Below, piece after piece: positions 49,647 through 62,673 of a stretch of DNA of 64,000 nucleotides. This DNA comes from Macrostomum lignano (taxonomy: Eukaryota). The notes under the pieces are model-generated. The model saw nothing but the letters and a program-made list of their open reading frames with translations. It searched no databases and was not told the DNA's origin. The stretch's first letter is position 1. The number at the start of each line of letters is the position of its first letter. Both the position numbers and the translations under genes were made by a program. Location of the stretch: assembly GCA_002269645.1 (NCBI GenBank), contig NIVC01001730.1, positions 62,001 to 126,000 of the forward strand, in the 5' to 3' direction.

Positions 49647-51556
49647 ATGTCGCAAGCAGGCGAGTCAACTGCATTTATGCTGTTTTTTCGGACTTTTAAT
49701 CAATTCCGCGTAATTGCTGGTGATTTCATAGATTTGCCGCACCGCAATTGGACAGAGGAAGACTGGATGGACACTGGGTACGCAGAAGTCGCTGTTGACT
49801 TGCAGGACGAAAATGGATCAAGTACAGGCATTGTAGTCCAAGTGGCTACATCTATTACCGATCTAAATGAGACATTTAAAAAGGCAAAGGATCTTCGCTA
49901 CAAAAAAAACTTCTCGTTGGCCAAAATCCTGACGTTCTTTCGCCGTTTTAAGTCCGGTCGGGATCACGTGCCGCCTATGAGAAACCTAACTACCGAAGAT
50001 GAGCAAACCGATGCAGATTTAGATGCTGCAGCAGTACGAGTGAAGGCTTTACCTGCACAGCATCAACAACAGCAAGAGATTCAGCTGCCATCAATGCCTG
50101 CCAAAAATGCACCATTAACTACACGTACAATTTCGAATGAGTCAGCGGTTGAGACTACTGTTGTTTCGACAGGCGTGTCTACGAATTTGGTTAGTCATGC
50201 ATCAGCATCGTTTGCCCCTCAGCCCCGCGGTGGTGGAAGGTTTCAGTCAAATCTACGACCGTACATTCAGTCGCTGCAGGCGCAGGGTATTGACCCCTTC
50301 TCTCCGGACGGTCATACTCATCTGCTGCTCCTTGTCCTTACGGAAGTGACCAAACTAAAACAAACGATTGCAGAAATCAGACCTGCTGCGTCAATGGCCA
50401 ACACCAACACGGCAATTGATTTGGGCCTTCCTATCAAGGACCGTGAAGAATACGCCGCTTTCTCGAACCGCGTCAAGGAGAAAAATTTCCGACAAAGTAT
50501 TGTGAGTCTGACCGCATGTTTATTTTTCTGAGTGCATATTATACAGACAATCATTTATGGCATGTTTGGATTGAGTAATTTCCCTATCCTGTATACTTCG
50601 CATATCGAATGTCATGGTCAACAATTTCAAAGTCAAAAGCTAAGACTTAGTGGATATTTTTGATTTAATCAAATAACTATAATATTTGAAGCAGGTGCTT
50701 CTGATTGCATTTTTACCTAAGTCTGATGTCATTGACATCATTGTAGGTTGCTTATCTCCGCCGGCTGGGCGGCCAGTCAATTGACAGAATGATTACGTCA
50801 ATGGTGGATGCACTACTGGCAACTGATTTTCAACGCCAGTTTAATTTGACTGGGAAGGATTACAGCCAGCAGGGGCGGCCGAGATCGAAGATATCGTTTC
50901 GTGAATCTATTGAGCCCATTATCAGCGGTAAGTCACATACTCTGTGAAGCGTAGTTTTGCAGGAGAATCATAATCCGATTTATTATTTAGTAGTGGCTAT
51001 TGTTTTTAAAACAAGAGTAAATTTACTAAGTTTTCTTAATTCCTACATAAAATATAGGAGAATAGAATTAATTACTGTAGAGAACCAAAATTTATCGTAA
51101 AGGGAAGGAAATTAGATCGTATACCAATGCAGTGCGTTATCAGACTAAATACTATACAGTATGCTGCAGTTGTTGTTTAGAAACTTTCATAACTTCAGGG
51201 TCATATCAGTTATTTTCAGCTATTATGCCTATCTACTTACGCAATATAGCTTTATTCAGATGTTAGCTCTAATATATTGGCCTATTGATGGTATTTTAAG
51301 TATGCAAATTTAATCTTTTTTTCCAGAAGCAATGGCCACGTGCAAGCCGCCAGTCACGTCGGCTGAGGTCACCCGGCGCATTAGTCGCTATCTGCAGGAT
51401 GTTGGCCAGCGTTGTAAAGCCCTAACGCGCTTAAACCCTCAGCCTGACGGCAATGAGGAAAGCCAAACCGAGGGACGCGATTCTGCCGACTGCGACAGCG
51501 AGGATGAAGATTTTGAACCACTTCACAAGAGAGTGGCAAGGCAAAGGGAGACCTAA
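49647..51556 (+). CDS. Transposon accessory protein (~421 aa), C-terminus resembles DUF4806-type proteins; exons 49647-50501, 50747-50927, 51327-51556
   Basis: Canonical donors GTGAGT/GTAAGT and acceptors TAG/CAG give a continuous 1266-nt frame inside the TIRs. The pattern LRRLGG...FNLTG...KISF...EV.RRISRYL..V.QR matches the domain from memory, not from a search. Confidence 0.7.
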
Positions 51557-54500
51557 TTTTGATGCTGTACGACGCACGCCATCTATGAAACAGTTCATGA
51601 ATTTCTTACTCAGCACATTTTTTGTTTTGCTTTCCTTGTTTTTCTTGTTTCTTGAGTATTATGCAAACTATGGTACAAGCAAATTATATTAAAGAAAAAC
51701 TGGGATATGAAAAGCAAAAACAATTTTGCTGTCGACAATCGGTTACGAGGGAAAACTAGCAAAGCATAAGAATGGGTCAAACTTGTGAAATATAAGAGAT
51801 AATAACTACATGTAACATACGCTCGAAGTTGTTATAGTAGTGGTAAGATCACCAGGGGAAACAGATAACTGTAAAAATTTTCTCATGTTACTTTTCCTAT
51901 TTTTAAAAGCAGAATAAAATTTCGTTTTTGTTGCATGTACGATTTTTTGTTTCATCCTTTATTTTTTGTTTCTTATTCTTTTCCGCTTTGCATTCGTTTT
52001 CTTTTCGTGTGTTTCGATTGCTTGTCGGCCAGTGTTTAACGTTTTTTAGAAAAACAAATATATCAAATAAAGTGCAGACAATCCCCCTAAAATATTATAA
52101 TGCTGTTCGATATAAATTGTACGTTTCAATTGCATATCAGCTAGTTGTTTTCTCATCATTGGTTATTTAAAAATGCGTCCATGCAGCCAAAAAGCAAGTT
52201 TAATTGCAATTCCGTATTTAAATCTATGTACAGTACTAAATATACGCGATCTCGTTTTCACCTCGTTTTTATGACTCTGTCACGAGGTCGAATCAACGAG
52301 GTCGTTACGCCGGAACATTTAGTATACTCGTTACGAGATGCCAAAATGAGGTCGATTCGAGGTCGCATTGACCAGTGGGTATAGTAGCCTACAATCTGAT
52401 AATATTTTCACCATCATGATATCATACACAATATATTGAGGATGGTGGGTTTAAATCTCTCTCTTTAAAGCAGGGTCTTTTATGCAAATAGGGTGTAATT
52501 TACACCCTTAAATTTGGATTTGCACCCACTTTTTTGCACTGGATGCAACTCGTCCATCTGCACTTTTTTAGATCAACATGCATGCAAGTCATTTTTTAGC
52601 AAAAGTTACAACAAAACATAATGCATAAAATTGTTCCAATAATTTTTTGAATCTTCATTGAATACTTTCCCTGAATTTAGACCTAGATGCATGTTGCATC
52701 CTGCCTGTCATGTAATGTGCTAGCTGGCTTGGATTTCGTTTGCTTTTCAGCTGTTCAAATTGGTGCGGTTTCCGAGAATTCAAACAAACTCGGGCGAAGA
52801 TCTCGGCTTGCAGATGAAGGGGAGCTCCGGCTGCTAAGTTCCTCAAGCTCAGGGGGAGGGTAGCTGTGGTCGCAGCTGAGCAGTCTAGTTTTTCCGACAA
52901 TCAGAATACCGAATGCAGAAATTAGCCGATACGGGAAACTTAAGATAAACTAATTTGTCGAGAGTGTTACTGTAAGTAGTAGTTCGCTGCCACCAACGCG
53001 GATATTCGCGGGAAAAGCTCTAAAGCTCAAAATTGCCCGAATTTGCCCTAGAACTTCTCTTGAGACCACCGAGGGTGAAATAAAAGCTTCCGAGGTCACG
53101 AAGGCTAAGACACCGTTTCAAACACACAAGGTTAAATAGGCCGGATACTTGGCCAGATGGCTGAATATTATTATTATTCCACTAAACGCATTAAAAAACG
53201 CACTGTAAGCAATTAACTATTATTATAATTATGCTAAATTAGCTGGTCGGGTCTGGATGCTGGGCTTACAGGTAGGGTCCCCTCGTATTTTGGGCTGCAA
53301 AAGAGTCTGCTAGGTCCTAACGGTCGGGGTAGGGTCCAAACGAGAGTCTAGCCGGGAGAGGAGGGGGTGCAGACTCTTAATAAGTAACGCTCTCATGAGC
53401 CACCGGGAGGAAAGGGTTACACCGGGTGGGAATTAGAGTCGAGTGTACACGCAATGGAAATGATCGGGTACACCGCGGGGTGGTGACGATTAAACATCGG
53501 GTGTAACCCTATTCAAAGCACAGTAAAACAAAGTTACGGGGAGTGAGTTCCCGAAAACACACTTAGAGGAAAAGAGAGGGGGGATTTCCACGCAGGGAAA
53601 TGACGTCAGCATGCGTAATCTACACAGAGGAAATAACATTACATTCAGTCGGAATAGTGCGGAGGCCTCGCCTACCAGGGTCGTTCTCAAAGCTAGGTCA
53701 CAACTTTTTGTTATTGCAAAAAAAGTTTATACATCGACCAATAATCGTACAAAAAAAATTCTTTCGACAATTTCTGTAAGAAGCTGCTACTAAAACCACA
53801 AGAAAACTTGAAATTGACAAGAAATCAAGGCTATTTGTTATTCTTTGTTGCGGAAAATAAACGACAAAAATATTAAAGAGAAAATAAAATTTTCTTCTAT
53901 TTTTATTTTAAATATGCAGTTAAATTTCTTTTGCAAAAATAAAAGAACAAGAAATTGACAAAGGAAATGTTTTTGAGCACAGCATTTTGTTACTCTGCTC
54001 TAAATCCCAGACATTTAAAATTATCGTGTGCGAAAAAGTGCGAAATTATTATAGCATGCACTCGAAAGGACTTCGATCAGTTTAACTAATCACTGAATTA
54101 AGAAGTCTAAATAAGTCTTGAAAGGTTGAATTAAAAATCAAGTTTTCACTATGTATCTTTTCAAAGTTAAGATGATTCGACAAATAAAGAATGTTCATTT
54201 TTATGGTTAATAGAATTGTTTTCATTTTTACATTAAATATAATAAAATCTAACTAATAATAGAAAAAGTCAGGGAACCATCCTTGAACACCAAAAAGCAC
54301 ATTGTGGATTTAATATCGACTGCATGTTCCTTAATAAAGGAATTCGGATACTAGTATATATTTGATTATTTGTAGCATAATTTCTGAAAACTATAACTTG
54401 CTTGATTTTACTTTAAGTACTTATTACATTAATACTTATACCAAAGCTACATGTACTTAAAATAAAAAATTATAGTTACTTATTAGACATTTTACTCCAA

Positions 54501-57500
54501 TTAACTTAAAATAATTCAAATTTATTTTAATTAATTCATTTTTTGAAACTTTTTGGAAAATAGACAAAATTGAATTATTTAATTACCAAAAACCTACTAG
54601 CTTAACTAAAATAGCAATTAGTCTTTAAGAAAAGATTTCACTTGTTAATTGAGAAAAATGAGGATGTGCGAGGTGTAAAAATGCGAAAGAGCATGCAGGA
54701 AACAGAGACAAACAAAAATGTAGGTAAAAGACACTGCACATGCACATAATATGATAACCAGACATAATGCGCACACTGAAACACCAGTAGCAATGACGCC
54801 CAAGCTTTTGATGATCACAAGTGAAAAGGCAAAACCCAGCCATCTAATCAAAGAAGTAGACTATAGCACGCATATTGAGTGCATCACGCATTTTTTGCAG
54901 AGAAGCTCGAAAATTAACATTGTATTCTGTGCACAACCACCAACTGCGACAGGGTCTGCCGGGGGATTTGTGGGCACGCGGTCGCGGATACAAATCGGAG
55001 GAGTCGCTGACCATTCTGAAATTACTAGCTAGCACATGTAATTTTGTGTATTAATATTTTTTAGCCCGCTTTATTTCTATGCTCTCGTCCGCCTCTCGTT
55101 AATGCATCCCCAGACTCATGCAAAAATTAAACTTATGATCGAACTATGCATGGCTTCCGTCCCTCGCTTTGAATCTCTCACCTCCCCATAGTTCCATCAA
55201 CCTTACCGTAGTGGCTTCCTATGCAAAAATCATCCCTCCGCATCTTACACAGGCTACTTCAGGCTGTAGACTGTACTACACTATTAATTAGTTGCGCTAA
55301 AGAATCTACATGTATTTTGATCGCAGCGCAGCGCGCTGCTCAAAGAAGTTTAGATCTATCTAGATATTCTAGTAATTTCAGGTTTGTCCATAGACTAGAG
55401 CTCATGAGATGAGAATTCCATTAACTAGTACATTTAATATGAATGAACAGCGTGTGTGTGTGCTGTGCATACATATGTATAATATACGAGTAGTTTATGG
55501 GCCAAATTATTGTGTGGCACAATTCTTGGCATCACTCAGCAGGCACAAGATGCAGTTAAGCAGCGCACGAAAATTCTACAAAAGAAATTGAGCCTGGTTG
55601 AGGTGATGCGAGGAGGCAGATCCACACAATCTCAGTGAATACACCAGACTGCACCAGATACGAGTCCAGTCGAATGTGCGCACTGGTCTAAGCAGCACAC
55701 GCATGTCCTTCTGACAATGACGGCACCTAGCTTCGTCCAAGCCTTTGCCAGCGTCACTGACAGCGTCAATACTACCATGCAGTGCCACCTGCAGCACCGA
55801 CAACGGCAATTCCTCCAGTTAGCCCACAACAGTGGCTAAACTGAGGGACAGGGAACCTACCCGCAGAAGACACACACATACACACACAGCACCGGCAGCA
55901 GCACTCTGACAGCATAACCTAAAGCTCAATGAGCTCAGTTTTCAAGCATTGAAGAAGCAGAAGCAGTCATCTTGAATCCAGGGATCAGGAAGAGTGTTGC
56001 ATGTCCGACATGTGCTGTTTCCGTGGCAAAAGGTGATGGAGCAAATTAATCAACACTTACTATCTAGCTCGTATTAAGACTAAAAAACTGAGGCAAGCTG
56101 GGATTAAACTAAAGAAAATTTTTTACTATACTTTTTTACCATACTTTTACTATACTTCTATAGTATAGTAGAGGTACTCTATTTAAATGCAGTAAGAAGT
56201 GAAACAAATTTATATATTTATTATTAAATTAAATTAATTCAAGGTAAATAACTAATTTAACCAATTTATTAGGAGTATTTATTATTATAATAAAGTGATT
56301 TTTATACCTTACACGAAATAAGCTCTACATTCATTTCTTAGCTTGGGGCCCATCTGTATAAGGTCAGTTTCTTCAAAATGCTGATTAATTAATTAAGGCC
56401 TGTTGTCTTTACTTAAATTTATAAGGGCATCTTAGAAGTTAATATTACTATATAATACAGGTAAAATAGTATTACTATATTATAATAATATAGTTGCAAT
56501 TTTAATGACTATTGAATAAGTTTAAATGCTTCCCCTATTGACTCTAAATATATGGTATCTTTCCCTTCAGAAAAAAATTAGCATAGAATGACTTGATGAA
56601 AACAAAAAAAATCATTTCGAGATACACATTTGCTGATCATTCAGGTCAAATTTCAAGGTCCAGTTTTGCACATGTTTCTCTGTAGCTTGGTTACAAGGAT
56701 TTTAATAAAAATATAATAAATATGTCCAATGAACTAACTGATACATAGCCAAATTGAAGTATTTTCAAAAACAAAAAAATCATTTGCTCAGTTTACTTTA
56801 CTGGATATCTGTGTAAAATTTCAGCTCAAAAGGTGCTCCATGGAGAATGCTAGTGTGGTTACAGGATATTTATTTTGTGCTTCAAAGTAGGAGTTAATTG
56901 CGATGCATGGTTGCTTTTAATTATTTTTATCAATAATAGTGCTCTATTTCATAACAATTTTTTACAAAAAGATAATAAGACATGTTTTTCTAATTATCTG
57001 CATCAAAATGTATCATTTTAAGCGCACATTCTAGACGTCAGCTGAAAAATACATTTTGTGAGACGCAAAGAGGCTATCCCACCGGAAATGCTAGGCGTCC
57101 AGTTAAGCGTCTATAAAATCATTTATAGTGCAGTTTATTGAGCTTTAAAAAATTCTTAAATTAAATTTATATAAGCTTTCATTTTAAATGTAATATAGCA
57201 AGGTTTCAACACAACAACAACTTGTTTTAGCTACAGACATCTTGTAGTATCAAAAATTAACATCGGTGAAATGATTGAATTTGAATTTTTTCATCGCTAA
57301 TTATCGCTTAATACCGCCAGATGATTAAAAACACTTTTGCATGATAAAGTTCAACCCAAAAATTATCTTTATTCACAGATAAAAGTGTCCTATTATTTTG
57401 AATATGGCAGTAACAATAGTAAATGTTCGGAAAATTGTTAAAATTTTTGCTCCTTCTAGAATTTGCGAACGACCCACCACAATATTAATTGAACAAAAAA

Positions 57501-58700
57501 GACCAATTTAAAGCAGACATTTTAAATAGATAAACAAAAAGTTAAAAACCAATTTAGAAATACAAATGTAGAAATAAAATTAGAGAATTAAAAATAGAGA
57601 ATTAGAGAAATAGAGAAAAATAGAGAATTAAATAGAGAATTAAAAATAAGTTGATATAATTTTTTTAAATATTAATTTATAAATTCGTAACAATTACACA
57701 AACTAGTTACATGTAGTTTGTTTGAGCAATACATGTACGAGCTCGTATGACGATGTCCCACTTCCCCACCTCCCCGAGTTAAGCAAGGCCTCTTGTTGAA
57801 AAAATAAAGGTTTATCCATGTTGAAAAAGGCTTGAGAATCATTACTAGCAATCAGCGCCCCCCGTTGGGGGAGCCAAAAAACTGCAGTACAAGTTTAATT
57901 TGCAGCCCGGGCTAAATATATTGGAATCTTGGCTTGGCTCTGCTCGTGCAATTAACGCCCTAGAGGGCCAACTTCCAAGGCACAGTAAGCCCTTACTTCG
58001 TTAGTTAGTACATGTAATAAATAAAATTAGGGCCGCGCACTGTACCCACCTGTGTGAGTGTGTTCCTATGACCGTATGATTGCGTACGTACATGTATCTG
58101 CGCGCTTGTTTGCCGGTTCAGGGGAGTCGGCGGAATGCGGGGCAATAAGTAATGCCTCTCGCCGGTTGGCCTACAATCGTTTAAAGTGCGCAAGGTGCAC
58201 ACCAGCCCCCGGCCTCTAATAAAAAATAATACGAGTAGAAAGGTCACAATCCATACAAAACTTCACAAGCTGGCAAACGTTTGTCGGGTCACTAGAACAA
58301 CTTAAACGAAATCGATTGTATGAAATATCCAGCTCGTGAAAGATTCTGTCTTTCAAGGACGGAGAATCTTGAGCTTATGAACCCCTTGTACAGTGCAGCT
58401 TCATTAGGACGCCGTGGTCCTTTATGCGTCACATATTGGCAGTTTCTGGCCATTGTGCTGCATGTATAATCATGACCCGGGGGGGACTGCATCGATAAGA
58501 AATCTACGCTCGTATTTGTACTGTAATCAGCTGTTATTTTTCTTCTCACCATTTTATTTCCGATGTAATCTGGTTGAACACCGGAGATTAAAATCTTAAT
58601 TCTGGCGTTATAGTGAGGCGAGTCAGACATGCAGTGCTTCAGGTTGCGCAGGCTTTCAATGCGATATCTTACATGCACTTACAATTGAACTGTAGAACAA

Positions 58701-58950
58701 GGGGGTGCAGCCTAGTGGCTTGACCGTCGGAATCACCACTGAATGGTCGGGGGCTCGATTCTCGACTTACTCGGAACAATTTGTGTCCTTGAGCAAGACA
58801 CTTAACTCTGCATTGCTTCAGCTCACCCAGCTGTAAAATGGGTGCCAGCATTAGCTGGTGTAATTAAAGATGTGTGTAGCGACCCCCAGTCCTTGGACTG
58901 AACAGCCGTACGCAGCCTTCAGATGCGCCGCGCAATAGTTATTATTGCAT
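58701..58950 (+). mobile_element. tRNA-derived SINE with a CORE-like central domain (3' end approximate)
   Basis: A-box-like GCAGCCTAGTGG, B-box-like GGCTCGATTCTC (58752-63), then GTGTCCTTGAGCAAGACACTTAAC...CCAGCTGTAAAATGGG resembling the conserved SINE core domain. Confidence 0.65.
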
Positions 58951-59801
58951 TCATATAGTATCGGTACAATATAGTATTGGTTGCCCGATCATGTATCAGG
59001 GTCATTGTCATGGACAACTGAGGTGCGTGAATGACTTTCTGTGTCTTTAATTTAGTAACTGAGCTAATTGCATATTGACTGAGCGCTCATACAGTGCATT
59101 TTGTGCAGTGACATTTTAGCTACCTGTTGAGATATGCATGTACAAGTAGACTGCAGTATTCCGCACCGGATAAATTAATTAGCTAGTTTGCAACAAATGT
59201 AATATGGGATTAAATTACCATGAGATCGGATCCTATCAACATCGCTGCATGCTTAGAGTCTGCGTATGGATTTCATATCGCAATGCATGGACGATTACAT
59301 CTAGCATCTCATGGCAGTCTTGAAACCCGATCTAACGACATTAATATTAATGTACAATTTATTTACAGCTGTTGGGCATGTACTATACATGCACCACACT
59401 TTCGATTGAGCCAATTTTTTATTGTATGCTTCTTCTATCCGAAATGTATTTTGACTAGGAAATGGCGGATAAAAAGTGTCAACTACCCTCCAACATGCGC
59501 ATAGCATAAGATGGCAAGTGACCATCAGAAATTACCGAAAACGAAAGAGATCTACACGTAATACTGCGCTTGCAGAAGAAGTAGAAGTTTTTGAAGAAGT
59601 ACGGGAGTAGTATAAGACTACTGTTGATTTCATAAGGATTTCGATGTTTTAAATTAAAAAAAAGCTTGACTCCTGAAAGCCAGCTAGACATCAGCATCCC
59701 CTTTGAGTCTTAGAATCTCAGCAACTCCTCTTAAGCCATTGCCTAAGCATAACCTTAAATCTCTCTATCTGAGTGCATGACCTACCAGCAGCTTCAACTT
59801 T

Positions 59802-60495
59802 ACCTTTGGCATCTCAACAATCCACCCCGTGAGCATTGGCATCTCAACGATTCCCCCCGTGAGCATTGGCATCTCAACGATTCCTCCCCCCGTGAGCATT
59901 GGCATCTCAACGATTCCCCCCGTGAGCATTGGCATCTCAACGATTCCCTTCGTGAGAATTGGCATCTCAACGATTCCCCCCGAGAGCATTGGCATCTCAA
60001 CGATTCCCCCCGTGAGCATTGGCATCTTAACGATTCCCCCCGTGAGCATTGGCATCTCAACGATTCCCTTCGTGAGAATTGGCATTTCAACGATCCCCCC
60101 CGAGAGCATTGGCATCTCAACGATTCCTCCCCCCGTGAGCATTGGCATCTCAACGATTCCCCCCGTGAGCATTGGCATCTCAACGATCCCCCCATGAGCA
60201 TTGGCATCTCAACGATTCCCCCCGTGAGCATTGGCATCTCAACGATTCCCCCCCCCCGTGAGCATTGGCATCTCAACGATTCCCTTCGTGAGAATTGGCA
60301 TCTCAACTACCCCCTCGTGAGCCTTGGCATCTCAACAATTCCCCCCGTGAGGCTTGTCATCTCAACAATCCCCCCGTGAGCATTGGCATCTTAACAATTC
60401 CCCCCGTGAGGCTTGTCATCTCAACAATCCCCCCGTGAGCATTGGCATCTCAACAATTCCCCATGCGAGCCTTGGCATCTCAGCAATCCCCCCGT
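59802..60495. repeat. 30-bp array GGCATCTCAACGATTCCCCCCGTGAGCATT, ~23 copies
   Basis: Direct reading. Confidence 0.95.
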
Positions 60496-61349
60496 TTTTA
60501 TTTCTTAAGCACAAAAATTGTTATTACTTTCGATAGAAGGCAGACCCAATTTTCATCTTGTAACATGTTTTGCCCTTCTTTTAGCTCTATTGATATTCAT
60601 AAAGATCTTCGTGTAGAAAACTAGGATTCCATGTTTATTCAGTAACAAAATGTGCAGCAGAAAAGACCAATTGTTAAGTAGCTTGCGATCAAAACTGCTT
60701 GGTAATAGAGAGTTGTGCAATTATGCTAATAAATTTTCTGTAGTTATTGCACTGTAAACAGTTTCTGTCAAACAACATTAGCTTTTTATAAGCATTGGAG
60801 ACACAAGAATTACATATGACTGGCAGGAACAAGTTAATCGTTTTTTGGAAAAAAGGGGGTAAAACTGCTACTGCAGACTTTTATGGCTTTTTCTAAATGC
60901 TAATTGCAGCACTTGTTGGTTCCGTTTCGAAGCCTCTGGAAGTTTCAAAGTCCCTATTCGGTCACGCGATGGCCTCAGCTTGTCAGCGTGAAAGCAATAG
61001 GGAAGCTAAAGTCAGGGGCGCTTTTACATCCAGTAAATTTCACATCGCCTAAAATATTGTCATTTTAATAATGATTCCTGTGAAATTTAGGCCTTATGAA
61101 AGCCACACACTGAATATTTGCATGCAGAATTATGTAAATTAAACAAAAGGAGCTAATTTAAATATGAAATGAATAACAAACTATTGGTCGAAACCGCAAA
61201 AAGGTACGTAGTCATAAAATTCTACCCTTGAACAGCTAACCCAAACCTCAACCCTCACCCGGCCAAAAGTCACAGAATTTCAGCAATTCCTCCATTTATA
61301 GCTGACAGGTCGATAACTTTTACGGTTCAACTCTAAACCTAACCATATC

Positions 61350-61475
61350 CATAACCCTAACCCTAACCCTAACCCTAACCCTGACCCTAACCCTAACCCT
61401 AACCCTAACCCTAACCCTAACCCTAACCCTAACACTAACCCTAACCCTAACCCTAACACTAACCCTAACCCTAAC
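61350..61475. repeat. Interstitial telomere-type (TAACCC)n, ~20 units with TGACCC/TAACAC variants
   Basis: Direct reading; unique sequence on both sides. Confidence 0.9.
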
Positions 61476-61594
61476 GTTCAGGAAATTCAGGTCTTACGAA
61501 GCGAACCCCTTCCCCCAGAAGAAGCTCATAATTTCCGTATAGAATACTAAGTAGGCACAGAGCCATAGCAACAATAACCAGAACGGCTAAGCAT

Positions 61595-62044
61595 TCATAC
61601 GGCCTTATAAAACATATAGGTCAGCCAATAGACCAGATTGAAGGCCAGAAAGCAGGCTGGATAAACAATGGTAAACACGTTGTCCACTGTTTCAGCTCGG
61701 AATTCCTCTTCGGCTGAGGCTGGCTGCCTCGAGTTCGACGATTTTGCCTTCCGCCTGCCGGCGCTTGCTGTGTCGGCGTCTTCGCGAAGGTCGTCATCGC
61801 CTCCGCTGCTGTTGGCGTCGGTGCTGCCGCGCGGCCGCTTCTGCTGCTGCGGCAGCAGATTTCCGCGAAGCATTCGCATCTCGCGGGTCATCATGCCGCG
61901 CAGATCGTCGCGAGCCTGACGACGCTCCCTGCGGCGGGCGATCATGTTCACCAGGGCGAACTCCAGCAGCGAGGCAACGACGAATGCCAGGCAGGCAAAG
62001 AGCCACACGTCTATGGCCTTCACGTAGGACACTCGGGGCAGCTT
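61595..62044 (-). CDS. Last coding exon (TM3-TM4) of a Cys-loop ligand-gated anion channel (GlyR/GluCl/GABA-A-like); upstream exons outside the window
   Basis: KLPRVSYVKAIDVWLFACLAFVVASLLEFALVN and VDNVFTIVYPACFLAFNLVYW. Acceptor CCCCAG at 62046-45, phase 0, 450 nt to TGA. Confidence 0.92.
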   Translation of the reverse strand, partial: KLPRVSYVKAIDVWLFACLAFVVASLLEFALVNMIARRRERRQARDDLRGMMTREMRMLRGNLLPQQQKRPRGSTDANSSGGDDDLREDADTASAGRRKAKSSNSRQPASAEEEFRAETVDNVFTIVYPACFLAFNLVYWLTYMFYKAV

Positions 62045-62054
62045 CTGGGGTGGG

Positions 62055-62673
<619 letters not shown>

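Larger units (their letters stand above)
43313..52379 (+). mobile_element. Full-length CMC-superfamily (EnSpm/CACTA-like) DNA transposon, 9,067 bp
   Basis: Left TIR CCCACTGGTTCACACGACCTCGAAACGACATC (from 43313) versus reverse complement of right end CCCACTGGTCAATGCGACCTCGAATCGACCTC (to 52379): 26/32 identical. TA on both sides (43311-12, 52380-81); subterminal CGACCTCG/CGAGGTCG motifs; internal transposase and accessory gene. Confidence 0.88.

Noticed and set aside
54844-55829. Short ORFs in GC-richer patches (54844..55035, 55576..55829)
   Set aside because: No recognisable domain or consistent splice structure.
58701-58775. tRNA gene
   Set aside because: A/B boxes are present but no convincing cloverleaf, and the sequence runs into a SINE core domain.
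61350-61475. True chromosome end
   Set aside because: Short, variant-containing tract with unique sequence and a gene on both sides.
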